A DNA stretch of 24,839 bases from Capsulimonadales bacterium (GTDB lineage: Bacteria; Armatimonadota; Armatimonadia; Armatimonadales; Armatimonadaceae), in assembly GCA_033762295.1 (NCBI GenBank), contig JANRLW010000012.1:1-24839 (forward strand), in the 5' to 3' direction. The notes under the pieces were generated by a model. That model saw only the letters and a list, made by a program, of their open reading frames with translations, did no database searches and had not been told where the DNA came from. The translations under genes and the position numbers were made by a program. This document shows positions 9,023-17,742 of the stretch, piece after piece; within the stretch, counting starts at the first letter, position 1; the number at the start of each line of letters is the position of its first letter.

Positions 9023-11062
9023 TCAGATCGACGGATGAGTGTAATTTTTGGTAAGTCGGAGCAGATTGCGGCCGAAATCGTCGCGACGGTACAGCATATC
9101 GTCGACCGCTTCCCGAATCAGGAACAGACCGAAACCGCCTTCGCGGGTCCCATCCAGGATCGGCGGCGGGATCCGTTCGGGCGGATAGAACGCCACCCCC
9201 GTATCGCGCAGATCGAGAATGACCCGATCGGTAAAGCATTGCACCTCGATGCGGATCGTTTCCGAAGGACGGTCGCTGTCCGGAGCGACGTCCGCATCGT
9301 CCGGTGGGTAAGCGTGCCGGAGAATATTGGTGATCGCTTCATGCGAGGCCAGCACCAGTCGAAAAATCTCGTCCTGCGTCAGTCCGTCCGCAGTTCCCTC
9401 CTGCAGGGCGGCTTCGACAAAGTCGCGGGCCTCATCCAGATACTCCAGTCGCGCCGGCACCTCCTTGTGTCGAACCATCCGGGAAGCGGGCATCGGGTCG
9501 CGAGCGATCTTGACCACCACACAGGTGCGATCGTCATCGATCAGTCCGTCGACGCCGAAGGCTTCCACCTCCGCGCAGACGGACGAAGCGATCTCCGCGG
9601 GCGCACAGTGCCTCAGACGTTCGACGCTCGCGATCAGGCGTTCCACTCCGAACGGCGTCTCCTCGGGATCGGTCGTCTCAAACAGCCCGTCGGAGTAGAA
9701 GAAGAACAGGTCGTCCGGGCCGAAAGGAACCGTCCGCTGACGATAGCGTTCCTCCAAACATAGGCCGAGCGGAACATTCTCGCCGCCCAGTTTTCGAAAC
9801 GGACCGGTGGCGTCGAAGTGAAGCGGAGCGGGATGTCCGCAGTCCACGAAGGTCGCCTGTCGTCGCTGAAGGTCAAAGCGGGTGTAGCTCAGAGTGACGA
9901 AACTGCACAGCCGATACAGTTCCGGGGTCAGGGCGCGATGAACGGCCTCCACAATCTCCTGTGGCTCCGGAAGTCGGCCAAACGGGATCAGATCGTGCAC
10001 CAGACGGCGAACCGCCCGCTGAAAGTGGTTCTTCGTCGCGGCGGCCAGAAGCGCCGCCGGCACTCCCTTCCCCATGACATCGCCAACGAGCACATCGACG
10101 CAGCGATCGTCATAGACGAAAAAGTCCAGATAGTCGCCACCGACCCGCTGTGCCGCCCGGGTAAACGCGCCGAACGTAACTCCGGGGATATGGGTGGGCG
10201 CACTGCGAACCAGGAGGGTCTTCTGAATGCTCGCGCCGACCTCCAGTTCTCGTTCCCGCGCTTCGGCCAGGGCCGCCTCGGCGCGTCGCTGATCGGTTAC
10301 GTCGATCCCCGACGAGACCACATACTCCACGTTGCCGTCCCGGTCGGTCAGGCAGGTATTGTTGAAGACGATCCGACGGCGTTCGCCGCTCCGGGTCAGC
10401 CAGTCGTTCTCTCGCTGATAGGGGAAATCGCCGGCGACGAGCCGGGCCAACGTATCCATTACCGAGGTTTTCATCTCGGGCGGAAGCAACAGATCGAAAT
10501 TTTCGCCTTCCAGTTCGGCGAAGGAATAGCCGGATAACCGCTCGCAGGCCCGGTTGAAGCGAACGATCCTGCCTTCGCGGTCGACCACGAGAACCAGCGC
10601 CCCGGCGGTATCGAGGACGGCGGAGACAAAGGTGCGCTGTTGCCGGAGTTCCTCCTCGGTCCGTTTCTGACGCATCGCGTAACGGATCGACCGCTCCAGC
10701 AGGATGGCGTCCGCTTCGCCCTTGACCAGAAAGTCCGACGCGCCCCGGCGAACCGCCTCCCGGTCGACGTGGCTGTCATTCTGCCCGGTCAGGAGAATGA
10801 TCGGAATCGCGCTGCACGCCGCGACGATCTCCGGCAACACATCCAGACCGTTCCGGCGGCCCATACGATAGTCGAGGAGGCAGATGTCAAACAGGGCGCC
10901 GTCCTGAAGCTCCCGCAGGGCGACATCGGGGTTGGCGAACCAGGTGACCGCGAACCGGGCGGTTTCGATCTCCGATAGCAGTTCCCGCGTGATGAGGTAA
11001 TCCTCTTCGTCGTCGTCGATCAGCAAAACACGAATCAACGACGGGGCCGGTGTGTTTTCCAT
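9023..11062 (-). CDS. REC-PAS-PP2C(SpoIIE)-RsbW-type Ser kinase fusion
   Basis: REC (LLIDDD, LLDYRM, LTG, FLVK); PAS (FNRACERLSGYS); PP2C (VGGDY, GDVMGKG, GHP, YSDGL, DDRT); HATPase (EAITNILRH, DTG, GGFGLFLI). ATG 11062 behind AAGGAG. Confidence 0.93.
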   Translation of the reverse strand: MENTPAPSLIRVLLIDDDEEDYLITRELLSEIETARFAVTWFANPDVALRELQDGALFDICLLDYRMGRRNGLDVLPEIVAACSAIPIILLTGQNDSHVDREAVRRGASDFLVKGEADAILLERSIRYAMRQKRTEEELRQQRTFVSAVLDTAGALVLVVDREGRIVRFNRACERLSGYSFAELEGENFDLLLPPEMKTSVMDTLARLVAGDFPYQRENDWLTRSGERRRIVFNNTCLTDRDGNVEYVVSSGIDVTDQRRAEAALAEARERELEVGASIQKTLLVRSAPTHIPGVTFGAFTRAAQRVGGDYLDFFVYDDRCVDVLVGDVMGKGVPAALLAAATKNHFQRAVRRLVHDLIPFGRLPEPQEIVEAVHRALTPELYRLCSFVTLSYTRFDLQRRQATFVDCGHPAPLHFDATGPFRKLGGENVPLGLCLEERYRQRTVPFGPDDLFFFYSDGLFETTDPEETPFGVERLIASVERLRHCAPAEIASSVCAEVEAFGVDGLIDDDRTCVVVKIARDPMPASRMVRHKEVPARLEYLDEARDFVEAALQEGTADGLTQDEIFRLVLASHEAITNILRHAYPPDDADVAPDSDRPSETIRIEVQCFTDRVILDLRDTGVAFYPPERIPPPILDGTREGGFGLFLIREAVDDMLYRRDDFGRNLLRLTKNYTHPSI

Positions 11063-11128
11063 AGCGAACTCCTTACTCCCGGGCCGCACTTCGCTTCGGC
11101 GGCAGCCCCCGGCTTCCGTCCTTATTCG

Positions 11129-11611
11129 CTAAACGGAGTGCTGGTCGGGCAGGGGGATCGCGACGATCTCCAACCAGAACAGCTTCAGCCCGCGCATGAC
11201 CTCGACCAGACCATCGAAGGTGACCGGCTTGGTGATATAGGAATTGGCGCCCAGTTGATAGGCCTGGGCGATATCCTCCTCGGCGTTGGAGGTCGTCAGC
11301 ACGATGACGGGAATCGAGCGCAGGTCCGGTTCGGACTTGATCTCCTGAAGCGCCTCCGCGCCGCTTTTACGGGGCATGTTCCAGTCCAGCAGGATCAGGC
11401 CGGGTCGCGGCGAGGCCGCCGGGTCCTTGTATCGTCCCCGCCGTTTCAGGTAGTCGAGCAACGCTTCCCCGTCTTCCACGAACTGCATGCGATTACGGAT
11501 GCGGCACTCCGCCAGCGCCTCTTCCGCCAGCATCCTGTCGTCCGGGTCATCGTCCGCCATCAAGATCGAAAAAGGTATGTTCCCTGCCATGTTCCCTGTC
11601 AATTCAATCAC
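11129..11611 (-). CDS. Single-domain response regulator, Rcp1-like
   Basis: ADDDPDD, ILLDWNMP, LTTS and GANSYITKPV motifs, and an FW near the C-terminus typical of Rcp1-like receivers. The GTG start overlaps the HK stop (GTGA); alternative ATG at 11590. Confidence 0.93.
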   Translation of the reverse strand: MIELTGNMAGNIPFSILMADDDPDDRMLAEEALAECRIRNRMQFVEDGEALLDYLKRRGRYKDPAASPRPGLILLDWNMPRKSGAEALQEIKSEPDLRSIPVIVLTTSNAEEDIAQAYQLGANSYITKPVTFDGLVEVMRGLKLFWLEIVAIPLPDQHSV

Positions 11612-13053
11612 CGTTCCTCGCTGCTTGTGGGAGAGACAACCGGGGTCGGGACGCCGACATCGATCGTATTCGGGGCTGAGGCGAAATTGGGCGGCGGGGC
11701 GACCCCCTCCGGATTGCCGGACACAACACGCGCATTGGTTTTCTTGTCGGCAAAATCGTCGGCAATCTCCACCTTTTCCGACGGTTCGACGGGCAACAGC
11801 AGGACAAAGGCCGCTCCGACGTTCGGAGCGCCGGTGGCCGTCAATGTGCCCGAATGGCGTTCGGCGATCCGACGACAGATCGCCAGACCCATGCCGGTTC
11901 CGGGAAAATCCTCCCGTGCATGCAGCCGTTCAAAAACGCCGAAAATACGCTCCGCATGACCGGCCTCAAACCCGATGCCGTTGTCCCGGACCGTCACCTG
12001 CCAGTAGTGTACCTGACCACGGCAGACGGGTTCCGCCGCGATATCGATCAGGAGGGGAACATCCGTACGGCGGAATTTACCGGCATTGTCCAGAAGCTGC
12101 ACGAAAAGCTGATGCAACTGGTTCGGATCTCCCTCCACGGTCGGTAACGGAGCGACACGCACCGCCGTTCGCAACCCGGGATACCGGGCCTCCAGTATGT
12201 CCACGGCATCGGCTACCACACGCTCCTGGTAGACGGGGCGGGTGGGTTGGGCGAGGGACGCCAGACGCGAATAGGTCAGCAGGTCCGCCAGCAGACGGTG
12301 CATCCGGTCGCCGGCGGCGAGAAGCCGCTCCAGGTATTGTCCGGCGGAGGGCGGCAGGCCGGGCTGTCGCCGGATCAGGTTGCCGAACTGCAGAATCTTG
12401 CGAAGCGGCTCCCGAAGATCGTGCGAAGCCGTCGAAACGAACTCCTGCAGGGCATCGTGCTGACGCTGGCACGACTCCGCCTGTTGCCGCATCGCTCGCT
12501 CCGCCCGACAAAGCCGCTCCTGCGCCTTGCGCGCCTCATCCAGAGCGAGTCGAAGCGTCAGTTCGGCGCGGGCCAGATCCGCGAAATCGGTCAGGGACGC
12601 CGCTTCGTCCGTCGTCCAGTGGCGCGGGACATGATCGATCGCGCAGAACGATCCGAGAATCTGTCCTTCGGGGTCGCGCAGGGGAACACCCAGATAGGCG
12701 ATGACCCCGAGGTCGTCCACCGCGCCGTTGTCCCGCACCAGCGGATGCTGACGGGCGTCCTCGACGGAAAACGGACTCTGGCCGGCGACCACGTACCGAC
12801 AGAACGAATGACTCAGAGGGGTCTCTCGAATCGAAGCGAGGGAGTCCGGCAGACCGGACTGGCTTTTGAAGAACTGGCGGCGATCGTCGACCAGCGACAG
12901 AAGGACGACCGGGACATTCAGGGTGCGGCGGGCGAGAGCCGTGAGCCGATCAAAAGCGGGTTCGGGAGGCGTGTCCGGCAGTCCCGTCCGTTTCAGGGCG
13001 GCCAGACGCTGAGGATTGGTCACCTCCCCCCCGACCGAAAGCTCTGATTGCAC
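11608..13053 (-). CDS. GAF-domain sensor histidine kinase (phytochrome-type HK core)
   Basis: GAF (RLAAL...FDRLT...SFC...AYLGVPL); H-box ASHDLREPLRKI; N-box LLDNAGKF; DNGIG; GTGMGLAIC. No transmembrane segment. Confidence 0.92.
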   Translation of the reverse strand: MQSELSVGGEVTNPQRLAALKRTGLPDTPPEPAFDRLTALARRTLNVPVVLLSLVDDRRQFFKSQSGLPDSLASIRETPLSHSFCRYVVAGQSPFSVEDARQHPLVRDNGAVDDLGVIAYLGVPLRDPEGQILGSFCAIDHVPRHWTTDEAASLTDFADLARAELTLRLALDEARKAQERLCRAERAMRQQAESCQRQHDALQEFVSTASHDLREPLRKILQFGNLIRRQPGLPPSAGQYLERLLAAGDRMHRLLADLLTYSRLASLAQPTRPVYQERVVADAVDILEARYPGLRTAVRVAPLPTVEGDPNQLHQLFVQLLDNAGKFRRTDVPLLIDIAAEPVCRGQVHYWQVTVRDNGIGFEAGHAERIFGVFERLHAREDFPGTGMGLAICRRIAERHSGTLTATGAPNVGAAFVLLLPVEPSEKVEIADDFADKKTNARVVSGNPEGVAPPPNFASAPNTIDVGVPTPVVSPTSSEER

Positions 13054-13105
13054 CAGGATTTTCCTTTTTTTGGACCGCGCGATTTGCTTTATTGTCCTTC
13101 GTACG

Positions 13106-13123
13106 CATTAAATTACCATTAAA
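13106..13123 (-). promoter_or_regulatory. Heptamer direct repeat, candidate SARP/OmpR-type binding site
   Basis: TTTAATG-GTAA-TTTAATG (11-bp period), 9 nt upstream of a GACAAT -10-like hexamer ahead of the HK gene. Confidence 0.5.
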
Positions 13124-13169
13124 GGGAAGGAAGTGTGGACAGGTGTTTCCCGGTAGAAAGGCAGGCAAA

Positions 13170-16046
13170 TCAGGCGCTGACGGTGGGGGAAAGCGTGAAT
13201 AACGCCTGATTGAGGAGTTTTTCACAGAACGGAATGGCCTCCCGACCGTTCCCATCCCGCCGCAGGCTGATCGCCTCCTCCAGCACGGTCCGCGCCGTTC
13301 GATAGTCGCCGCTCCCCAGCGCCGATAGGCCGAGGCGCTCGAGGGTTGTCGCAATCGCCGCATCGTTCTTCTGCTCGCGAAAACTGTTCAGGGCATCCCG
13401 GAGCAGAGGAAACGCGATGGCATGGTCTCCCTGCTGGGCCGCGATCGCTCCGAGCGTCAGGTAGACAGGGCCGATTTCGGAGGGCGAGAACATCGGCGGT
13501 TCCTCTCCGGAGAGAAGACTGTCGATCTCATTGACCCCCCAGTCGTCGCCGATGCCCTGTCGCAGGATGCGTGCGCGCGCCAGGACCGCTTCCCGTTCGG
13601 CCGGGTCGCCGGTGGTGCGGAGGGCTTTGCCGACTTCGGCCAGAGCCGCCGCCTCGGCCCAGAGGTCCCCCTCCTTGCGTTTGCACTCGGCCAGGATGCG
13701 AAAGGCGAAGCCGACGGTCTCGGCGTCGCTGCCGGACTGCGCCGCCAATCCCAGGTTCATGGCCAGACAGGGAACATACGCGGGAACGTGAACCTGGGCG
13801 ATATCCAGGGCCTGACGCAGCCAGCGAGTCGCCAGTGTGTTCTGACCCAGGCTGATGGAGAAACGACCGATGCCTTCTCGCAGAGCGATCCGTATCGGGG
13901 CGGGAATCGCTTCCGTTTCCGGACGCAATGCCTTTTCCAGCCACTGCATCCCCTCCTCCAGATGGCCGCGGGCATACCAGAATCGCCAGAGCAGGGCGAC
14001 GAGGCGAATGCCTTCCTCCTGTGTTTCCGGGGCTTCCAGCAGGAAGGAGAGCGCCTCACGCAAGTTTTCCTCCTCCCGGTCGAGCATCTGTAACCCCTGT
14101 TCCGCATCGGCCCCCCCGAAAAACCGGGCCGCTTCCTCCGTGACGTTCACATAATGCGCGGCGTGTCTTCCCCGCAGCGGAGGACGGGTACCCTCCGGCA
14201 AAAACTCGGCAGCGTATTCTCGAACCGTTTCGAGCATACGGAATCGCGAGAAGCCATCCGCTTCGGTAAACAGAAGAAGAGACCGCTGGTGCAGTGTGTT
14301 CAGCCGATCGAAAACGTTCGGAACATCGGTGACCGCTTCGGCGGCGGTCAGGTTCCAGCCGTCGCGGAAGACGGAGAGTCGCGCGAAAAACTCCTTTTCC
14401 TCGTCGGTGAGGAGGTGATAACTGGCATCCAGGACGGCGCGAAGCGACCGGTGACGGGGCGGCAGGTCGTGGCTGGAGGAAACGAGAAGATCGAAACGCT
14501 CTCGCAGGCGGTTTCGCATTTCGACGGGAGAGAGGAGCCGGGTCCAGGCGGCGGCCAACTCGATCGCCAGCGGCAACCCGTCGAGCGCGGCGCAGATGGC
14601 CGCGACGGTCGCCGCATTCTGCCCGGTGAGGCGGAAATCGGGGCGGGCGGCACGGGCGCGATCGACAAACAGCGCCACACTGGGAACGGCGGCCAGGCGT
14701 TCGGGGGAAGCCGCCTCGATATCGGACACGGTCGGTACGGGAAGCGGCGTCAGCGGAATCTCCTGTTCGCCGGTGATCCCCAGGCGATACCGGGTGGTCA
14801 CCAGGCAGGTCAGCAGGGGAAGGCGTTGCAGAAGATTCCGCAGCCATTCGCAGGAGGCTTCGACCGCCTGTTCGAAGTTTTCCAGAACCAGAAGCGTCCG
14901 CTTTCCGGCGAGTGCCTGAACGATCTGGTCGTTCGGGGACTGGTCGGCAGGCGACGGGATACGGAGTGCGCTCGCCATCGCCGCGCCGATCTGGGCCGGT
15001 TGCGAGATTCCGACCAGGGGCACGAACCAGATCTGGCCGCCGAACGTATGCCGCAGTTTCAGGGCGACCTCGATCGCCAATCGCGATTTTCCGGAGCCAC
15101 CCAGCCCGGTCAGGGTGACCAGACGGGGCGCGAAGGCATCGGTGTCCGGCGCCAGTAACGCCATCAGGCGGGCCATCTCCTCTTCCCGTCCGAAAAACGG
15201 CGTCAGTGTCTGCGGAATCGCCCCCGTAGCCGTCGTTTTGCCGGTGGCGGGGGCGGACGGGGCGGAAACGGGAGAGGATTGCCTCAGCAGGTCGCGTGTC
15301 GCCCCGGAAGGAACCGCGCCCAGCTCCTTTCGCAGGATGCGCTCCAGTTCGCGGTACTGCTGCATGGCGGCGGTAGGGTTGCCCATCGCCATATGGAGCC
15401 GGATGACCAGACGGTGCGACTCCTCGCGCAGCGGATCGGAATGCACCGCCTGCGACGCGAAGTCCAGAGCGCGCTCGTAATCCCGCGCCTCCAGAAGATA
15501 GGAGGTCAGGCGATGCAAAACGTTGCGGTGCCCTTCGGCCAGACGGTTCTGCTCGCTGTCCACCCACTCCTCATACCAGCCGTCGAGAAACGGACCACGG
15601 TACAGGGAGTGCGCCCGGGCCGCCAGGTCGATCTTCTCCGCCAGGGTTCCGGCCCGCGCCTCCTCGCGCAGCGTTGTTTCAAAATCCGCCAGATCGGTGG
15701 AAAAGGCGGCCGGATCGAGACGGACGGTCAACCGGTCGGTCTGCAGGATGTCGGCGCTGTTCTCCGTCGCCAGAAGCTTTCGCAGGGCGTTCAGCGCGAC
15801 GCGCAGGGAGTTTCGCGCCGATTCGGGGTCGGTATCGGGCCAGAAAACGTCGGCCAGTGTGTCGCGGGAGATGGCTTTCCCGCGATGGCTGGCCAGGTAG
15901 GCCAGAACGCCGGCGGTTTTTCGCGTTGAAAACCTCTCGATTAAGTTTCCGGTATGCCAGAGGCGAAGACCGCCGAACAGTTCCAGACGCCATGGCGTGC
16001 CGGGACCGGCGGTACCGATGGGACCGGTGTGATTTCCGGCGATCAT
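13170..16046 (-). CDS. AfsR/SARP-type regulator: winged HTH-BTAD-STAND NTPase-TPR
   Basis: LELFGGL...RDTLADVFWPD (wHTH); DPLREESHR..IRLH (BTAD); FFGREEE, GLGGSGKS, LDGLPLAIELAAA and RFRMLETVREYA (STAND); TPR-like C-terminus. Confidence 0.92.
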   Translation of the reverse strand: MIAGNHTGPIGTAGPGTPWRLELFGGLRLWHTGNLIERFSTRKTAGVLAYLASHRGKAISRDTLADVFWPDTDPESARNSLRVALNALRKLLATENSADILQTDRLTVRLDPAAFSTDLADFETTLREEARAGTLAEKIDLAARAHSLYRGPFLDGWYEEWVDSEQNRLAEGHRNVLHRLTSYLLEARDYERALDFASQAVHSDPLREESHRLVIRLHMAMGNPTAAMQQYRELERILRKELGAVPSGATRDLLRQSSPVSAPSAPATGKTTATGAIPQTLTPFFGREEEMARLMALLAPDTDAFAPRLVTLTGLGGSGKSRLAIEVALKLRHTFGGQIWFVPLVGISQPAQIGAAMASALRIPSPADQSPNDQIVQALAGKRTLLVLENFEQAVEASCEWLRNLLQRLPLLTCLVTTRYRLGITGEQEIPLTPLPVPTVSDIEAASPERLAAVPSVALFVDRARAARPDFRLTGQNAATVAAICAALDGLPLAIELAAAWTRLLSPVEMRNRLRERFDLLVSSSHDLPPRHRSLRAVLDASYHLLTDEEKEFFARLSVFRDGWNLTAAEAVTDVPNVFDRLNTLHQRSLLLFTEADGFSRFRMLETVREYAAEFLPEGTRPPLRGRHAAHYVNVTEEAARFFGGADAEQGLQMLDREEENLREALSFLLEAPETQEEGIRLVALLWRFWYARGHLEEGMQWLEKALRPETEAIPAPIRIALREGIGRFSISLGQNTLATRWLRQALDIAQVHVPAYVPCLAMNLGLAAQSGSDAETVGFAFRILAECKRKEGDLWAEAAALAEVGKALRTTGDPAEREAVLARARILRQGIGDDWGVNEIDSLLSGEEPPMFSPSEIGPVYLTLGAIAAQQGDHAIAFPLLRDALNSFREQKNDAAIATTLERLGLSALGSGDYRTARTVLEEAISLRRDGNGREAIPFCEKLLNQALFTLSPTVSA

Positions 16047-16193
16047 TGCTTCCTCGCTTAAGCCTCCGTTAACACGGTCGAGCGGTCCGGTCGTCCGAGT
16101 CGTTCTCGGTGCGAGCCGTTCCTATCGTACCGTATCCGGTCCGCATGAATCATGCCCCTGAGATCGCTGTCGGGATCGCGGTATCATAGAGAC

Positions 16194-16733
16194 GTGAGAA
16201 CCAACAGCACTGCCCTTGTTATACGCAGGACTTCGCTCGTTTTCCTGCTTGCTTCCATGGTTCCGGTAATCGCCGTCGCCGTCGGCTGCCGCCCGGGGAA
16301 TCCGGGAACGCCCGGTGCGCTCGGACTGCCCGCCGAAAACCGGGCGCGACTGCTCAGCCGTTCTCTGACCCGGACGGCCGACACGCTGCACTGGAAATGG
16401 AGCCTGATCGGAGAACGAAACTGGATGATTCCCGCCAACGCCGATGGAGCGATCTCGCTGGAAAAGACGGTTCCCTTGAACGACCCGAACATGAAAGGCG
16501 GGTGCCATATCTGGGAAAGCGATCTGATCGTGAAGCGAGAGGGAGACCGGATCGTCTGGAAGACCCGTCTGCACGGCTCCAACGGAATGACCCGGGAGGC
16601 GGAAGGCGCGTTGAAAGGGGACCTGAACGACGTTCGGATCGTTGCCGAACGGGATGCGAATGTCGGTCTGCCGGCGGATGTCGCTCTGGCGAAAGTCGGC
16701 GACCGGGAGATTCGCTGGCGTCTGGCGCGTTGA
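16194..16733 (+). CDS. Hypothetical lipoprotein
   Basis: RRTSLVFLLASMVPVIAVAVG|C lipobox-like site and a beta-rich mature part. Start uncertain: GTG 16194 lies 6 nt after TATCAT; alternative ATG at 16152. Confidence 0.65.
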   Translation: MRTNSTALVIRRTSLVFLLASMVPVIAVAVGCRPGNPGTPGALGLPAENRARLLSRSLTRTADTLHWKWSLIGERNWMIPANADGAISLEKTVPLNDPNMKGGCHIWESDLIVKREGDRIVWKTRLHGSNGMTREAEGALKGDLNDVRIVAERDANVGLPADVALAKVGDREIRWRLAR

Positions 16734-16755
16734 GAGAACGAGAGGGGGTCGGATA

Positions 16756-16792
16756 CCGGTCCCCTCTCCCCGCGCCGGAGAGAAGGGACCGG
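16756..16792. terminator. GC-rich hairpin between convergent genes
   Basis: CCGGTCCC-CTCTCC-loop-GGAGAG-(AA)-GGGACCGG; no U-tract. Confidence 0.5.
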
Positions 16793-16799
16793 AACCGGA

Positions 16800-17666
16800 T
16801 TACGTGCCGGAGGGGGAGTTGCCGCCCTGGCGGCGACCGCCGCCCTGACCCCGACCACCCTGGCCGCGACCACCCTGACCGCCGAAGCCGCCGCGTCCGC
16901 CGAGGCCCTGCATCGCCGGGAACTTAAACGGCACGCCGGTCATCTCGGTCCACTGCTTCTTCTGCTCCGCCGTCAGAACGCCGAGAAGCTTTTCCTCATT
17001 GGCCTTGCGCATTCCCTGCATCTTGGTCATGAAGGTCTGGCGCTCTTCCTGAGTCATGCTGCGAACGTCCTGGCCCTGCATCATGTCGCGCATCTCCTGC
17101 ATCGACTGCTGCTGGACTCCCTGCATTTTGGACTTCTGTTCGTCGGTGACTTTCAGCTCCGTGGCCACCTCGGCGTTGAAGAGAATCGCCGCCGGGCCCT
17201 GCTGCTGGAGTTCCAGCTGGCGGAAGCGCTTCGTCTGCTCCGGGGTCAGAACCTCCTCGACCATCTTCTTCTGCTGCGCCTGCATATCGGCGAACATTTT
17301 CTGGCGGGCTTCCGGGTCCTGGCCATCCGCATTTTGGAACGCGTTGCGCATCGCGTCACGCATTTCCTGCTGCTTGTTCTCGAGTTTGGTCAGCTGTTCC
17401 GGGGTCATCTTCAGTTCTTTTTGTACTTCCGGCAGGCGAAGCATCATGGCGCCGCCGCCCATCATGCCGCCGCGTCCGCCGAACCGGCCACCCGGACCAC
17501 CCGGACCACCCGGCGGCTGAGCGCGATTTTCCATGACCCGTACGTCGAACCGGATGGTGCCACCCGGACCACCCGGACCACCCGGCGGCTGAGCGAGGGC
17601 ATTTCCTGCCGTCATCGCGGAAACGACCAGAAGCGTCAGCAAGGACGCATACATCTTTCGATTCAT
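16800..17666 (-). CDS. Exported Spy/CpxP-like LTXXQ-repeat helical protein with Gly-rich termini
   Basis: Signal peptide ending ALA|Q; MTPEQ, LTPEQ, VTDEQ and LTAEQ motifs; Met/Gln-rich; GGAGG RBS. Confidence 0.75.
   Translation of the reverse strand: MNRKMYASLLTLLVVSAMTAGNALAQPPGGPGGPGGTIRFDVRVMENRAQPPGGPGGPGGRFGGRGGMMGGGAMMLRLPEVQKELKMTPEQLTKLENKQQEMRDAMRNAFQNADGQDPEARQKMFADMQAQQKKMVEEVLTPEQTKRFRQLELQQQGPAAILFNAEVATELKVTDEQKSKMQGVQQQSMQEMRDMMQGQDVRSMTQEERQTFMTKMQGMRKANEEKLLGVLTAEQKKQWTEMTGVPFKFPAMQGLGGRGGFGGQGGRGQGGRGQGGGRRQGGNSPSGT
17487..17595. repeat. Perfect 37-bp direct repeat (17487-17523 and 17559-17595) built from 9-bp CCACCCGGA units
   Basis: GCCACCCGGACCACCCGGACCACCCGGCGGCTGAGCG occurs twice, 72 bp apart; encodes AQPPGGPGGPGG. 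Confidence 0.95.
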
Positions 17667-17742
17667 TGTTTCAAAACCTCCGGCCCCGAAGGGCCTCTTT
17701 TTCGGTAAGCGAGTCTGTCATTGAGCCCGCTCCGGACCGGCG

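Noticed and set aside
11608..13053. Bacteriophytochrome
   Set aside because: Single generic GAF, no PAS-GAF-PHY module, no DIP or PRxSF motifs.
13170..16046. Avs-type anti-phage STAND system
   Set aside because: The N-terminus is a wHTH-BTAD transcription module, not a nuclease or other toxic effector, and there is no defence-island context.
17487..17595. CRISPR mini-array (37-bp repeats, 35-bp spacer)
   Set aside because: Only two copies, in frame inside a CDS, made of Gly-Pro codon repeats, and no cas genes.
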